Assembly: GCF_006345805.1 (NCBI RefSeq) | Contig: NC_043018.1 | Coordinates: 30,008,001-30,072,000 of the forward strand | DNA length: 64,000 nucleotides | DNA from: Octopus sinensis | Taxonomy: Eukaryota | Direction: 5' to 3' | Shown: piece after piece, positions 1 to 12,470 of the stretch | How positions within the stretch are numbered: position 1 is the stretch's first letter | How the letters are laid out: each line of letters starts with the position of its first letter | Program-made: the position numbers and the translations under genes | The notes under the pieces: model-generated | The model's input: the letters and a program-made list of their open reading frames with translations, nothing else | Database searches by the model: none | What the model was told of the DNA's origin: nothing

Positions 1-2
1 AG

Positions 3-2507
3 AAACTAGAAGAGGCACTTACCACTGGCAGCGCAACCAACGTGCTGGCTGCGAGGATGGCCCTCGACCAACACCTCAACGCCAAGCACGAAGGTTGCGT
101 CGTCAGAGCTAAAATGCGTGCCTTAAGGAACGAAGGGATCGAAGCCGCGCGAGAGGCCCGGGTAGCGGAGGCGCAGCGTGGCAACAGAGCCACCATTCGG
201 TCTCTAATAGATCAACAGAGATGCAGTTTACTCGAACCCGAAAGGATGTGTGAGGCCTTTCAACAGCACTTTGCTCGATTGTTTGGTGCGAGTGGTGGGT
301 CGGAACGCGGGATGGATTTCAGTACCTACCTGACCGACCTGCCGCGGCTCTCGGCAAAAGAAGCGGAGTGTTGTGAAAGTCCCATCACAGCCGCTGACAT
401 GTGGGATGCGATGGCGGGCTGCGCGAGGGATAAGTCGCCTGGATTGGATGGTTTACCCTACGAGCTGTATTGTCAAATGCCAGACTTGTTTGGCGACCTC
501 TTGGCATCAGTCTACTGCAACTAGCAACAAAACGGGAGAATCCCCGGTTTCGTGAGCCGAGGTGCAGTGACGTTGCTGAAGAAAGACCCAAACAAGGGGA
601 ATTTTATAGATAATTTCAGGCCCATCACTCTGCTCAACGCAGATTTGAAAATGTTGGCCAAAGTAATAGCCGAGAGGTTGGCGCTTGTCATTGGTAAACT
701 GGTCGACAGGGCGCAAACATGCGCCGTGCCGGGCAAAACCATACATGACAACCTCCATCTGATGCGCTACATTGTGGACAGGGTAGTTAAGGATCCTGAC
801 ATGGGTGGGGCGCTGATAAATTTGGATCAGTCTAAAGCCTTCGATAGGGTCGACCATCGGTACTTGGCGGCCGTCCTCAGGGCGGCTGGCTTCGGTCCCG
901 TCTTCCGCGGTTGGATCGCTGCCTTGTATAGCGGCATCCGATCGGTGATTCGGGTGAACGGTCACCTGTCGAAACCGTTTGACATCACGCGTTCGGTCCG
1001 TCAGGGGTGTCCCCTGTCGGCGCTTCTGTATGTATTGACTCTCGAGCCGCTACTGCGGAAGCTGGCGACACTGAGGGGCATCCCACGGGAACTGGGTTGC
1101 GGGACGAGCGTGTCGGCATATGCGGACGATGTCACCGTCATAGTGACGAGCGACAAACACATCAAGATGATAGGCGAGACACTAAGAAAATACGAAACGG
1201 TGACGGGAGCAAAGATTAACCCGGAAAAGTCAGTGGGTTTGCTACTCGGCACCTGGAGAAGCAAGCCCATGCCGTCCGACTGCGGCTCAGTAGTGGGACG
1301 CTGGACGGACGGACCGGTTAAATTGCTCGGGGTCTGGTTCAGTCCGGACCTCCAAATGGATAAGTACTGGGACGAGATCACGAGTAGAGTGGTCGCTCTC
1401 AGCCAAACATGGGCCGAGAGAAAGCTGTCTCTAAAATGCCGGGCGGAGGTGGCGAACGCGTACATGGCATCCGTCATCGATTACCGCCTGACCGTCGTAC
1501 CTTGTCCCGACGCCACCATCACCAAACTGGAACGCATACTCTTCCGCTTCCTGTGGAAGGGTGGCGTTCCGATGGTGAGGAAGTCCATTTGCTGTCAACA
1601 TCCGTTGTATGGAGGACTGGGCATGCGGTGGTTGATGATGCGCAGGCATGCGCTGAGACTGCGACATCTCTGGAACTTCATCGACGACGGTGAACAGGTG
1701 TGGGCGCCGTTTGTGAGGCGCGACTTCCCGCAGCTCGTCTCACTGACCGAACTGCAAACGTGGATCAAAAAGAGACCGAAACTGGGCGATTGGCACCGAG
1801 AGTGTCGCCAAGCTCTACAGCAGCTCTGCCGACCGGGGTCAAACTTGTGCAACTTACAAACGACTAAAGCGTTCTATAGAGGACTAGTGGAGGGGAGGTC
1901 CGACGACACACTCGGGGCAAACCTGGGCGTCGACGAGGAATTCCTAACCCGCCTGTTCAGGACGACGTTCGGGCCGGGGCCTATGGATAACTTCCAGAAA
2001 TCCCTGGCTTGGCAGTGCTATCGAGACGCACTACATGTTCGAGAGAAGAGCTACAGACACGGTTCGAAAACCATCACCGGACCGACCTGCCCGAGATGCG
2101 GTCAGAGCGACGAAACCGTTCTGCACGCACTCGTGCAGTGTCCAGATATTTCAGAGCTGTGGTCCTTCGTCGAACAGCTGTTGTCACGTGTAGGTCTGGC
2201 TCGCCTATCGGCCGAGTCTATCGTGAATATTGTTCCACCACCTTCCTTTAAACAGGAAGGGAAAACGGTTTTCGTTGCGCTGATTGCTATAGCGAAAGAA
2301 TGTGTGTGGTGGACGCGTTTGAAAGGACTGCAAACAAACACCTTCCTCTCTGGTCAGTCTCTCGTCAACTTTTTCAAGTACCACTTGAAAAGGAGGATGA
2401 TAATTGAGAGGAAGGCTTTGTCGAACGAATGTTTTAATAAAAAGTGGGTAAAAGTGGCAAAAATGGTCAGTATGAAAGACGACACTATTTTAAGCATAAA
2501 TCTGTAA
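3..2507 (+). pseudogene. Tx1/L1-clade non-LTR retrotransposon ORF2 (RT plus C-terminal CCHC), one in-frame TAG at 522-524; 5' part lies outside the window
   Basis: ORFs 42-524 and 552-2507 are in the same frame. RT motifs: SPGLDGLPYE, NFRPITLLNADLK, LDQSKAFDRVDH, VRQGCPLS, YADD (1119-1130), GLG. C-terminal CPRC...H...C. Confidence 0.93.
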
Positions 2508-2627
2508 CCAAAAGAGACAACGAGAAGTAAGGCGACTTATTCATGAGTTCTTTTTCAAATTGTCTGAGGTGACCTTGGTCTTTTTTGTAGGTTTTTCTTC
2601 CCAAGGCTACACCTAAACTGTGAACCT

Positions 2628-2663
<36 letters not shown>

Positions 2664-2833
2664 ATATTGCTTTTTTATACACCACACAACCCACAGATCC
2701 CTATTGATCAAACGTGTTTTTTTTTGTTTTTTTTTTGTGCCCCACCCATTCCACCTAGAAAAGAAAAAATTCTACATTGTATTTCGTCCATTTTTATTCT
2801 GTGTTTAGCCCTGTGTGGCTACAATAAAAAGTT
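2508..2833 (+). mobile_element. 3' UTR of the Tx1-like element, ending AGCCCTGTGTGGCTACAATAAAAAG and abutting a (TATC)n tract
   Basis: Follows the ORF2 stop. Homologous blocks (TGGTCTTTT..GTAGG..TTCTTCCCA, GATCCCTATTGATCA, AGCCCTGTGTGGCTA) recur at 24491-24790. Confidence 0.75.
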
Positions 2834-3045
2834 ATCTCTCTATCTATTTATCTATCTATTCGTCAATCGTTCTATCTACCTATCTATCTGTCTGTCTGTC
2901 TGTCTGTCTATCTACTTATCTATGTACATTATCCATCTATCTAACTACCAACCTATCTATCTCTCTATCTATTTATCTATCTAACTATCTAACTATCTAT
3001 CTATCTTCAATCGTTCTATCTATCTATCTGTCTATCTATCATCAA
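2834..3045. repeat. (TATC)n/(TGTC)n microsatellite
   Basis: Visible tetranucleotide array. Confidence 0.95.
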
Positions 3046-3539
3046 CATCGCTGGTGGCCTCCATATCTATGTCTAATAAACTGAAATCTTTGAGTAGACA
3101 GCTTTCTTTCCAAAGTGACCCTAGCTATCCTCATTCAGACCCTAGTTATCGTACATTCAAAATCTTGTTGGTTAAAAAGGAAAATAAACAAAAAACTTTC
3201 TATGTAAAGACTAACAATTCGTTCTTCCGGTTATCGCGGGAGTTTCCACCGATGAATTTTTGTTATCCTTTCTTCCTTTGACCCCTTGGATATATTCCAT
3301 CAGGATATTTTGATTTTATCATTTATTTCTTCTTTTTTTTTAACGTGGTGTGTTGGTGTGATGAAACCGCTGTGTGTAATATACTTGCTTGCTGAAGGAT
3401 ATAATCTGTTGATCCTTGTTAGTTTGTATTTTTTATGGATATCTAATTTATGATGTTTATTCGCGAGCTGGGCTTTATTTTTTGCGGGTAGCATTCTTGT
3501 TGAATTTAGTGTAGTTTGTGCTGAGTTTGCTAGTAGTGC

Positions 3540-3870
3540 TATGATGATGATGATGGTGGTGGTGGTGGTTTAAATGGGAATCTAAGTGGTGGTGATGATG
3601 ATGATGATGATGATGACGACGACGATGAGGATGATGATGACGACGACGATGAGGATGATGATGACGACGACGATGATGATGATGATGATGATGATGGTAG
3701 CCCTGAAGAGAATAACTTACCTTTGCTGTTTCTTCTTTTGTTGTTGTTGTTTTCGTAGTTGTTGCTGTTGTTGATGCTATTGATGTTGGAATGATGACGC
3801 TAATAGATGTCATTTTCAGCTGTTTTTTTATGTTGTTGTTGTTGCTGCTGCTACTGCTGCTACTGCTGCT
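3540..3870. repeat. (ATG/ACG/GTT/GCT)n trinucleotide low-complexity tract
   Basis: Visible in sequence. Confidence 0.9.
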
Positions 3871-4470
3871 GCCGCTGGGAACAGGTAGCCTTGAGTTGAT
3901 CGGTGTTTCCACAAAAGTGGCATCTATGTTTTCAATCCCTTACTACCATCTACAGTTGCTGAGATTCAGGTAGAGCAGGGATCCTAACCAGTTCTTCAGA
4001 TTTCACCCGAATCAGAATTTTCAACCCCCTTTTTCCCATACAGAATTTTTTTAGCAGCGTGCTACGTTTCCCTAACAGTATGTTTTTCTAACTCAATTTT
4101 TCTAACTCAATTCAGCTTACTTTGGGAGTATACGCTCCAAATTATACCTCTTCAACGATAGTTAGCTGCATACCACCGTTCTTCTGTCTGTTTTGCTCTG
4201 AGAGCTGTGTTGGTATCGGAAGTAAAACTTTTCAACAGAGTCTATTGATGTACTTTTTTCTGCTTTTTCCTCGTAGTGATGTCTTTTATCCGATGGGTCA
4301 AAAAGAAAGGTTTTTGTAACACCTGTAAATGAGTAAACCTTGAGTCGATTAGAAATAATTCCATGTGAATATATGGTGGTGTTGGTGGTAGGAATTAAGT
4401 ACGTTTGTGGAAATAGTGTGGGAAGAGAGGGTTCGAAACCGTTGCTTTGTGTGAAATACAGTCAAAATTG

Positions 4471-5110
4471 CTTCTAATTTTGTTGATGTTGTTGTTGTTT
4501 CTGTTCCTGCTGCTGCCGCTGCCGCTGCTCACACTGCTTGTTATTGATGTTATTTTAATGGCCTCATTATTGCTGCTGCTCAATCTTGTCGGGTGCTAGA
4601 AATGGTAGCGGTAGAAATGAATTCCTCTCACGGACATGCTACTCTGCTTCACATATCGTTGCTTCGCCAGTTATAGTTTTTGTGGTTATTGCTACTGCCT
4701 GATGCTCCTGTTATTGTTGCTGCTGTTGTTGTTGTTGTTCTTGCAACAAGCGGGGTAAGGGTCATTAGGTGATGGTCTAGGGCTTAGAGGCTTCTAATTT
4801 TGTTGATGTTGTTGTTGTTTCTGTTCCTGCTGCTGCCGCTGCCGCTGCTCACACTGCTTGTTATTGATGTTATTTTAATGGCCTCATTATTGCTGCTGCT
4901 CAATCTTGTCGGGTGCTAGAAATGGTAGCGGTAGAAATGAATTCCTCTCACGGACATGCTACTCTGCTTCACATATCGTTGCTTCGCCAGTTATAGTTTT
5001 TGTGGTTATTGCTACTGCCTGATGCTCCTGTTATTGTTGCTGCTGTTGTTGTTGTTGTTCTTGCAACAAGCGGGGTAAGGGTCATTAGGTGATGGTCTAG
5101 GGCTTAGAGG
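4471..5110. repeat. Two-copy 320-bp direct tandem duplication (4471-4790, 4791-5110)
   Basis: The two units read as identical by eye; period is 320. Confidence 0.9.
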
Positions 5111-5259
5111 CAGGAGACCCCAGACCTTGGAAAAAAACAAAACTTTGGTCGTCTTGTTGTAGTCGAGGGCTCTTCGTTGACGCCCGACACCGCTGGGAGG
5201 TGGCCCTCTAAGTCGCTGGAAATGGAGATCTCCAGGTCCAAGTTCTTGAACGGCTGCTG

Positions 5260-5337
5260 CTGCTGCTGGTGATGATGATGATGCTGATGATGATGAAGAT
5301 GATGATGATGATGGTGGTGGTGGTGGTGATGAGGATG

Positions 5338-5370
<33 letters not shown>

Positions 5371-5552
5371 ATGATGATGATGACGATGACGATGATGATG
5401 ATGATGATGATGATGATGATAATGGTGGTGGTGGTGGTGGTGATGATGAGGATGATGGTGGTGGTGATTATGATGATGGTGGTGATGATGATGATGATGA
5501 TGATTATGATGATGATGATGATGATGATGATGGAGATGATGATGACGATGAC

Positions 5553-5600
<48 letters not shown>

Positions 5601-5653
5601 GGTGGTGGTGATGAGGATGATGGTGGTGGTGGTGATGATGATGATGGTGGTGG

Positions 5654-5694
<41 letters not shown>

Positions 5695-5735
5695 ATGATG
5701 ATGATGATGACGATGACGATGATGATGATGATGTA
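5260..5735. repeat. (ATG)n/(GTG)n compound microsatellite
   Basis: Visible array; source of the poly-M and poly-I ORFs. Confidence 0.95.
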
Positions 5736-6224
5736 ATTAATACTCCTGGTGTTATTGGTCATTAATACAGTTATGATAATCTCTAGTGAGAGATATTGAC
5801 TGTGAACGACAGTTTCACCTTCAAAGACATCTCTTTCATTTTCTTCTCTTGCTGATCTGACAGTAAAGATGAAAGCAAGGAAAACCATTTTGAAACTTTT
5901 GTTTCGATTCGATTTCTTATTTCTTTCCTTTTATGTTTTTTCAAAGGTTGCTCTATGCAGCAAGTAACAAAAGAAGGCTTACCAGTCTCTTACACTCCAG
6001 GTTAGCCACGCTTAATAACAAGAGGAAACAAGAAGATTAACAAATAAAACCCTCTGGAAAGGAAAGCAAAACTTCTAAAGCTAAGGTTGTAAAAACCCTT
6101 CAAGAAGCGCTGAAGAAGGGACACTGATAAATCAATTAGGAATTAGTGAGTGTGCCTACCTCTATGCGCACGCGCGTGTGTGTGTATGTGTGTGAATATT
6201 ATGTATATATATATATATATACCC

Positions 6225-6437
6225 TTTTACTCTTTTACTTGTTTCATTCATTTGACTTCAGTCGAGAAAATCGCCCCCAGTACTTATTCTTTGTAAGCCT
6301 AGTACTTGTTCTGTCAGTCTCTTTTGCCGAACCGCTAAGTTACGAAGATGTAAACACACCAGCATTGGTTGTCAAGCGATGTAGCGATGTTGAGGGGACA
6401 AACGCAGACACACAAACACACGCACACTCACACACAT

Positions 6438-6497
<60 letters not shown>

Positions 6498-6650
6498 GAC
6501 GGGCTTCTTTCAGTTTCCGTCTACCAAATCTACTCACAAGGCTCTGGACGGCCGAGGCTATAGTAGAAGACACTTGCCCAAGATGCCACGCAGTGGTACT
6601 GAATCCGAAACCATATGGTTCGTTAGCAAGCTACTTACCACACAGCCACT
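6225..6650 (-). mobile_element. tRNA-derived SINE, family A (CORE-like segment, internal TA/TG microsatellite)
   Basis: Reverse complement of the family consensus GGCGCAGGAGTGGCTGTGTGGTAAG...GGTTCAGTCCCACTGCGTGGCACCTTGGGCAAGTG...GACTGAAACAAGTAAAAGA seen many times in the window. Confidence 0.85.
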
Positions 6651-6925
6651 CGTATGTATGTATGTATGTATTTATATTAAGTACTGGACAGAGAAAACGA
6701 AGGCAATACGCAAGGTTCGTTTTGAAAAATGTATTAGTTCAAAATATAAAAGAGTGAAAGATGTTCTTGATATTTTGGACACCGGACCTTCGTCAAAAAA
6801 AATAAAAAGCATTACCTTTCCTATTGAGATTTCATGCAGATGTTGTCCCTAGGTAATTTCCACCTCATGTAACTTTCTACCAATGTTAAAATCAATATAA
6901 CTGCTGTTGCTTCTTTTAATACATA

Positions 6926-7156
6926 TTTCTTTACTACCCACAAGGGGCTAAACACTGAGAGGACAAACAAGGACAGACAAACGGATTAAGTCGATCATAT
7001 CGACCCCAGTGCGTAACTGGTACTTATTTAATCGACACCGAAAGGATGAAAGGCAAAGTCGACCTCGGCGGAATTTGAACTCAGAACGTAGCGGCAGACG
7101 AAATGCGGCTACGCATTTCGCCCTGCGTGCTAACAATTCTACCAGCTCACCGCCTT
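6926..7156 (-). mobile_element. tRNA-derived SINE, family B (Meta-domain-like core), full length with TSD TTTTAATACAT
   Basis: A/B-box head, GCCTTTCATCCTTTCGG..TCGAT..AAGTACC core; TSD at 6914-6924 and 7163-7173. Confidence 0.88.
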
Positions 7157-8495
7157 AGCTTATTTTAATACATTTCAGTTTAGTGTCAAACTATATGATG
7201 CACTACCGTTCTTAGTACCATTTTGTTATGATCTGAGATCACATCCCGCAGGTACCTTCGACTTTTATTTCCCTACAGTCACAGCGGTGCCAATGTGTGA
7301 GAAATTATTACACATTATTGTACGAATGTCTGATCTAATTAGATTAGTTAATCATAAATGAGAATGGAAATTCGTGTTATTCACTCATATTGTCGCCGAA
7401 AACAACGATAATTATTTTTGAAAAAAAAATGCAATTATCACCTGAAAAGTTTACGTATTAATGCAAAAACGATAATATAAAAGAATATAGAAAATAGGTG
7501 TTAGAAAGTAAAGCATGAGTCGATTAGAAATAATTCCATGTGAATATATGGAGGTGTTGGTGGTAGGAATTAAGTGCGTCTGGGGAAATGGTGTGGGAAG
7601 AGTGGGTTCGAAACCCTTGCTTGGTGTGAAATACAGTCAATATTGGTAGCGTTAATTAACTGTTATGGGTGTTAATTTATTTCTATAATTATTGAGGAAA
7701 TTGTTATTTTAATCCAGAAAAATATATGTGTGGGGGCCAATATTTGCATAAATAGTATGTAAATATGAGAGTTTAATACATATACGTATATATGTCTCTG
7801 TGTGTGTGTTTGTCTGTGTGTATGTGTGGGTGTGTGTGTGTTAGTGCAGGCCAGTTCGAGCGAAGCATTGTGTGATATTTCAAGTCAAAATTGTTCAAAA
7901 GCCAATACATTGTGAATTAAAATATAGAGAAAATGAAAATAGAAAAGCAGTTTACACCTTATTTTATATGTCAATATTTCGGTGTTAATAACACTTTCTC
8001 AAAGCAAAATGAAGGACGGTGCCGAGCTGGAAATGTTCCCCAGATATGTGGGTGGAGTTTGTGACCTGCACAGACTGGCTTACAATTCAATACAAGTGCA
8101 TGCCTGTAACAACACCCTTTCACATATTCAAACAACAAAATAGCAGCTCAACACCATATTTATGCTGTCTTGACAAAGTGTAATTAACCCCAAAATATTG
8201 AAATATAAAGTAAAGTAAAAACTGTTGTTTCGTTTACCTTCTGTTTCATTCTTTGCATTGTGGTCCCATTTGTTCTAGATGAGGTTCTCCGTAGTCCAAT
8301 AAGCAGATTGATAGAGTTTATCTATGTTTATACTCCTGTGTTCACTTTGTGAATAAAGTATATTCGAATTTTTTTCTTCTGTGGCTTTTCGAACATTTTA
8401 ACAATACTCTGAGCTGTGTTCTTTATATAAAACTTGAGATATTTTATACGATTTACACTATATTTCTCCATCACGGTCTGGGTGTGTACGGTAAA

Positions 8496-8670
8496 TAGGC
8501 GCAGATGTGGCTGCGTGGCAAAGGATCTTGCTCACCACCCATGTGGGCTTAGCTTCAGTCTCGCTGCACGGCATCTTAAGCAAGTGTCGTCTACTATAAA
8601 CTACGGACCGACTAAAGTCTTGTGAATGGATATGGAAGACAGAAACTGAAAGAATCCCATTACACATATA
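8496..8670 (+). mobile_element. SINE family A, 5' half
   Basis: Diverged match to the family A head. Confidence 0.7.
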
Positions 8671-8727
8671 CACACACACATATATATATATATGTGTGTG
8701 TGTGTATGTATATTTACGTGTGCGTGT

Positions 8728-8771
<44 letters not shown>

Positions 8772-8984
8772 TGTGTGTGAGTGTGTGTTTGTGTGTGAGA
8801 GTGTGTGTGAGTGCTCACGATTGTGCCACAGTATGGTCGTAGTCTGATTGAAAGAAGTACAAGAGACAATTAAAAAATATAGATCAACAGTCCTTCCCAA
8901 GCCAAAGACTTTTAAAGCATGTTTCCCAGTCTCTCTGACGCATATTCCTTCCACTGGACCGGACCCCGGTCACTCGCAGGATTA

Positions 8985-9118
8985 CTTTTAACAATCAAGC
9001 GGACTGGAGCAACATATGGTGAAATGCTTCGCTCAAGAATGCAACTCATCTCCTCGCCTGATAATTGAAACCACGATCTTACGATCATAACTGTAGTACT
9101 TTAACCACTAAGCCATGT
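8985..9118 (-). mobile_element. SINE family C fragment (tRNA head plus CORE-like segment)
   Basis: Matches 26075-26190, 53440-53570 and 57815-57925 (GAAATG..TGCTCAAGAA..GAAACC..CTAACCACTAAGCC). Confidence 0.65.
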
Positions 9119-9429
9119 GTCTCTCTCAACATATCAAGATTTTCATAAAATTACATTTATGAACTTCCAGAGCAAAACATAATTACAATATACGATGCAA
9201 ATACACCAGTTTTCAATTATAACATTTGATATTTATTCAGTTTTTTTTTAAACACTTTTAATAGTTATATGTTGCTTAAATTAGATTTATAGATATTTTT
9301 TAACCAAACTTGATCTTAAAGTGTGTCTTATTTAGTTCATCTAAATACTTCGAAACAAAAATACACGCATACACACACATTTACGTATATATGTAAGTAT
9401 GTAATATATATGTGTATGTATATGTAGTA

Positions 9430-9466
<37 letters not shown>

Positions 9467-9549
9467 CATATATAAGATTGTGTATATATACATACATATA
9501 TATGCATGTATTTGTATGTATATATACATATACATATATATATATATTC

Positions 9550-9705
9550 TTTTATTTGTTTCAGTCATTTGACTGCGGCCATGCTGGAGCACTGCCTTTA
9601 GTCGAACAAATCGACCCCAGGACTTATTCTTTGTAAGTCTAGTACTTATTCTATCGGTGTCTTTTGCCGGGGCCATGAATACACCAACACCAGTTTCCGT
9701 CTACC
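9550..9705 (-). mobile_element. SINE family A, 3' half
   Basis: TTTCAGTCATTTGACTGCGGCCATGCTGGAGC block. Confidence 0.8.
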
Positions 9706-10614
9706 AATTCTTCTCACACAAAACTATGGGAAGGGGATCTTATAGAGCAAAATGAGAGAAGAATATAGGAAAAATATATATAAGCAATTAAAAATATAAA
9801 ACATATATCTATCAACCTATCTATCGAATGAGTGACTAAAGCGAGTGATCAATACGGGTGGGTAGTGTTTTACTTTATAATATATCTATTTTATATGTTT
9901 AAACAGCTAGTATTATAGTAAGATAGGGGCTAGATTGGGAATCTTTAGGCTGACGAAAGTCAAAAGAAGAATTCTTAAACAGGGACAAAAATGGACCAAA
10001 AAGGATAAGTGCTAATTGTTTACATTGCCGTTGGGTATCTAGTTATTGTGTTTACTTGTAGTTATTCGGTGCTAAAACGTATACTAGTAAGATATAGAAT
10101 ATTAAGTATTAAATATTCAAGGAGTGGCACTGTGTAAGAGTTTTTATTATGTTTTGTCTTTTTTTACGGCAGAAACGGCCGTAAGTAACTAGCACATGCA
10201 CACCCATTCAGTTTATTGCCAATTTGCTCTTTTTCTCCATTGGTCATTTGTTTCTATATGCTGATATGTTTTCACACCCTTGCTTATGCAGCTACCAGCT
10301 TTTTCCAGTCGCTAATATGTACCACTCATACATGTGTGTGTATTCATCTAATACATTTAAATGAATAGACATACTGGAATGTTTACCGACTGATGTCTGT
10401 CGATTTTATAGCCTCTCCGTTTTCTTATTTCCATATAAATCAAGGGTAAACCACTCGTTTACCCCTGCCTATATATAATACTCAATTGCGAAATTGCCAT
10501 GCAATAACTAGCACTAGGCTATGAATACATGTGTACGCTACCAGCAATATATTGGATAGGTACTATCCCTTAGCTAGTTTCCAACTTCTAACTCACACAG
10601 AAATATAAATATAT

Positions 10615-10802
10615 GAGTGGTTGTGTGGTAAGTAGTTTGCTTACCAACCATATGATTCCGGGTTCGGTCCCACTGCGTGGCACTTCGGGCAAGTGTCTTC
10701 TACAATATCCTCGGGCCGACCAAAGCATTGTGAGTGGATTTGGTAAACGGAAACTGAAAGAAGCCCGTCGTATATATATATATATAAATATGTGTGTGTG
10801 TG

Positions 10803-10856
<54 letters not shown>

Positions 10857-11072
10857 TGTGTTTGTATGTCAGTGTTTGTCCCTCCAACATCGCTTGACAA
10901 CCGATGCTGGTGTGTTTGCGTCCCCGTAACGGTTCGGCAAAAGTGACCGATAGAATAAGTACTAGGCTTACAAAGAATAAGTCCTGGGGGTAGATTTGCG
11001 ATTTGCTCGACTAAAGACGTTGCTCCAGCATGGCCGCAGTCATATGACTGAAACAAGTAAAATAGTAAAAGA
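10615..11072 (+). mobile_element. SINE family A, full length
   Basis: Head, CORE-like segment, internal (TA)(TG) tract and 3' tail all present. Confidence 0.88.
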
Positions 11073-11080
11073 GTAAAAAG

Positions 11081-11125
<45 letters not shown>

Positions 11126-11169
11126 ATGAAGTAGATAAATGAATTATCTTATTACGGATAATTCAAATG

Positions 11170-11255
11170 ATTTTCCTGAAGAGAAGGCTGCAAAATGGAC
11201 CTCTTATTCAATCCGAATTAGGGACTTTGCAGCCTTCGAAACATATGTAGAAAAT
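11170..11255 (+). ncRNA. Type I hammerhead ribozyme, canonical core CUGAAGA, 12-bp stem II, palindromic stem III ACAUAUGU; predicted cleavage after A11249
   Basis: Stem I AUUUUC (11170-11175) / GAAAAU (11250-11255). Core 11176-11182. Stem II GAAGGCUGCAAA (11183-11194) / UUUGCAGCCUUC (11226-11237). GAA 11238-11240. Confidence 0.85.
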
Positions 11256-11351
11256 AATAAAAAGGAATTTTGTTGAATCTTCGTTCAGCTCCATTTCTTC
11301 CTACACTTAATATATATATATATATGTATATAGGCGCAAGCGTGATTCAAT

Positions 11352-11520
11352 AGGTGCAGGCGTAGCTGTGGGGTAAGAAGCTTGCTTCCCAACCACATGG
11401 TTCCTGGTTCAATCCCATTGCGAGGCACCTTGGCTAAGTGGATTTTACTAAAAGCTCGAACCGACCAAAGCCTTGTGAGTGGATTTGGGAGACGGAAACT
11501 GAAAGTGGCCCGTCGTATGT
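11352..11520 (+). mobile_element. SINE family A, 5' half
   Basis: Match to the family A head. Confidence 0.75.
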
Positions 11521-11541
11521 AACATACATACATATATATAT

Positions 11542-11584
<43 letters not shown>

Positions 11585-11586
11585 TA

Positions 11587-12082
11587 CTAGCAGTATCGCC
11601 CGGCGTTGCTCGGGTTTGTAAGGGAAATAACTATATAAGCATTTTTAGAGAGTTACTTCCTTTATAGATGCCAATTCGGGCTTTCTTAGCCATTTCTGTT
11701 TTGGTGTCTTCAAGCCATGAAGTCGTTGTTCTAAAAGAACGCTGGTCTCCTGACAACGCATTACGACGTTGATTTCCTTAAACTCCCTTCCCCACAGCTT
11801 CACGAGGGAGGGAAGATGGGGGAGAAGCAAACAGTGCAGGTGTTTGAGCGTGGACGCCAACTCCGCCGCCATCGACACACGAAAAATTATGCATTAAAAT
11901 GGAATAAAAAATGATGTTAAATTATTTTTAAAATCGTAGACTCATCGTAGACGCGCGCTAATAGCCAGACGGGCTCGATTAATCACGACTATAAGATACC
12001 CGAATTTGGTTAAAACTGCACTGCAAAATGTGGGAGGAGTTAGGAATCTAAATCGTAGGAGACAGACACTCACACAACTACA

Positions 12083-12095
<13 letters not shown>
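11587..12095 (-). mobile_element. Non-autonomous Helitron-like element, copy 1
   Basis: On the minus strand it ends with hairpin CCCGAGCAACGCCGGG, 8 nt, CTAG, then T. Shares modules with 45998-46388 and 52541-52939. Confidence 0.78.
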
Positions 12096-12126
<31 letters not shown>

Positions 12127-12210
12127 CATATATATATATATATATATACACATACATACATACACATACATACATACATACATGCATACATACATACATA
12201 CATACATACA

Positions 12211-12239
<29 letters not shown>

Positions 12240-12241
<2 letters not shown>

Positions 12242-12470
12242 GTGTATGTTTGTCTATGTTTCCCCACCACCACCACCATCGCTTGACAGTTATTATTGAT
12301 GTATTTACGTCCCTGTAATCTAGCAGTTCGGCGAAAGAGACTGATAGAGTAACTACTAGGCTTACAACGAATAAGCCGTGGGGTCGATTTCTTCGACTAA
12401 AACCCTTGTAAGGCATTTAGGGCCGTGCTCCAGCACTGAAAAAACTGAAACAAGTAAAATAGCAAAAGCT
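12240..12470 (+). mobile_element. SINE family A, 3' half
   Basis: Match to the family A tail. Confidence 0.75.

Noticed and set aside
5110-5888. Poly-H/poly-Q coding exon on the minus strand
   Set aside because: The His frame is blocked by stops upstream of the repeat and no coherent splice structure was found.
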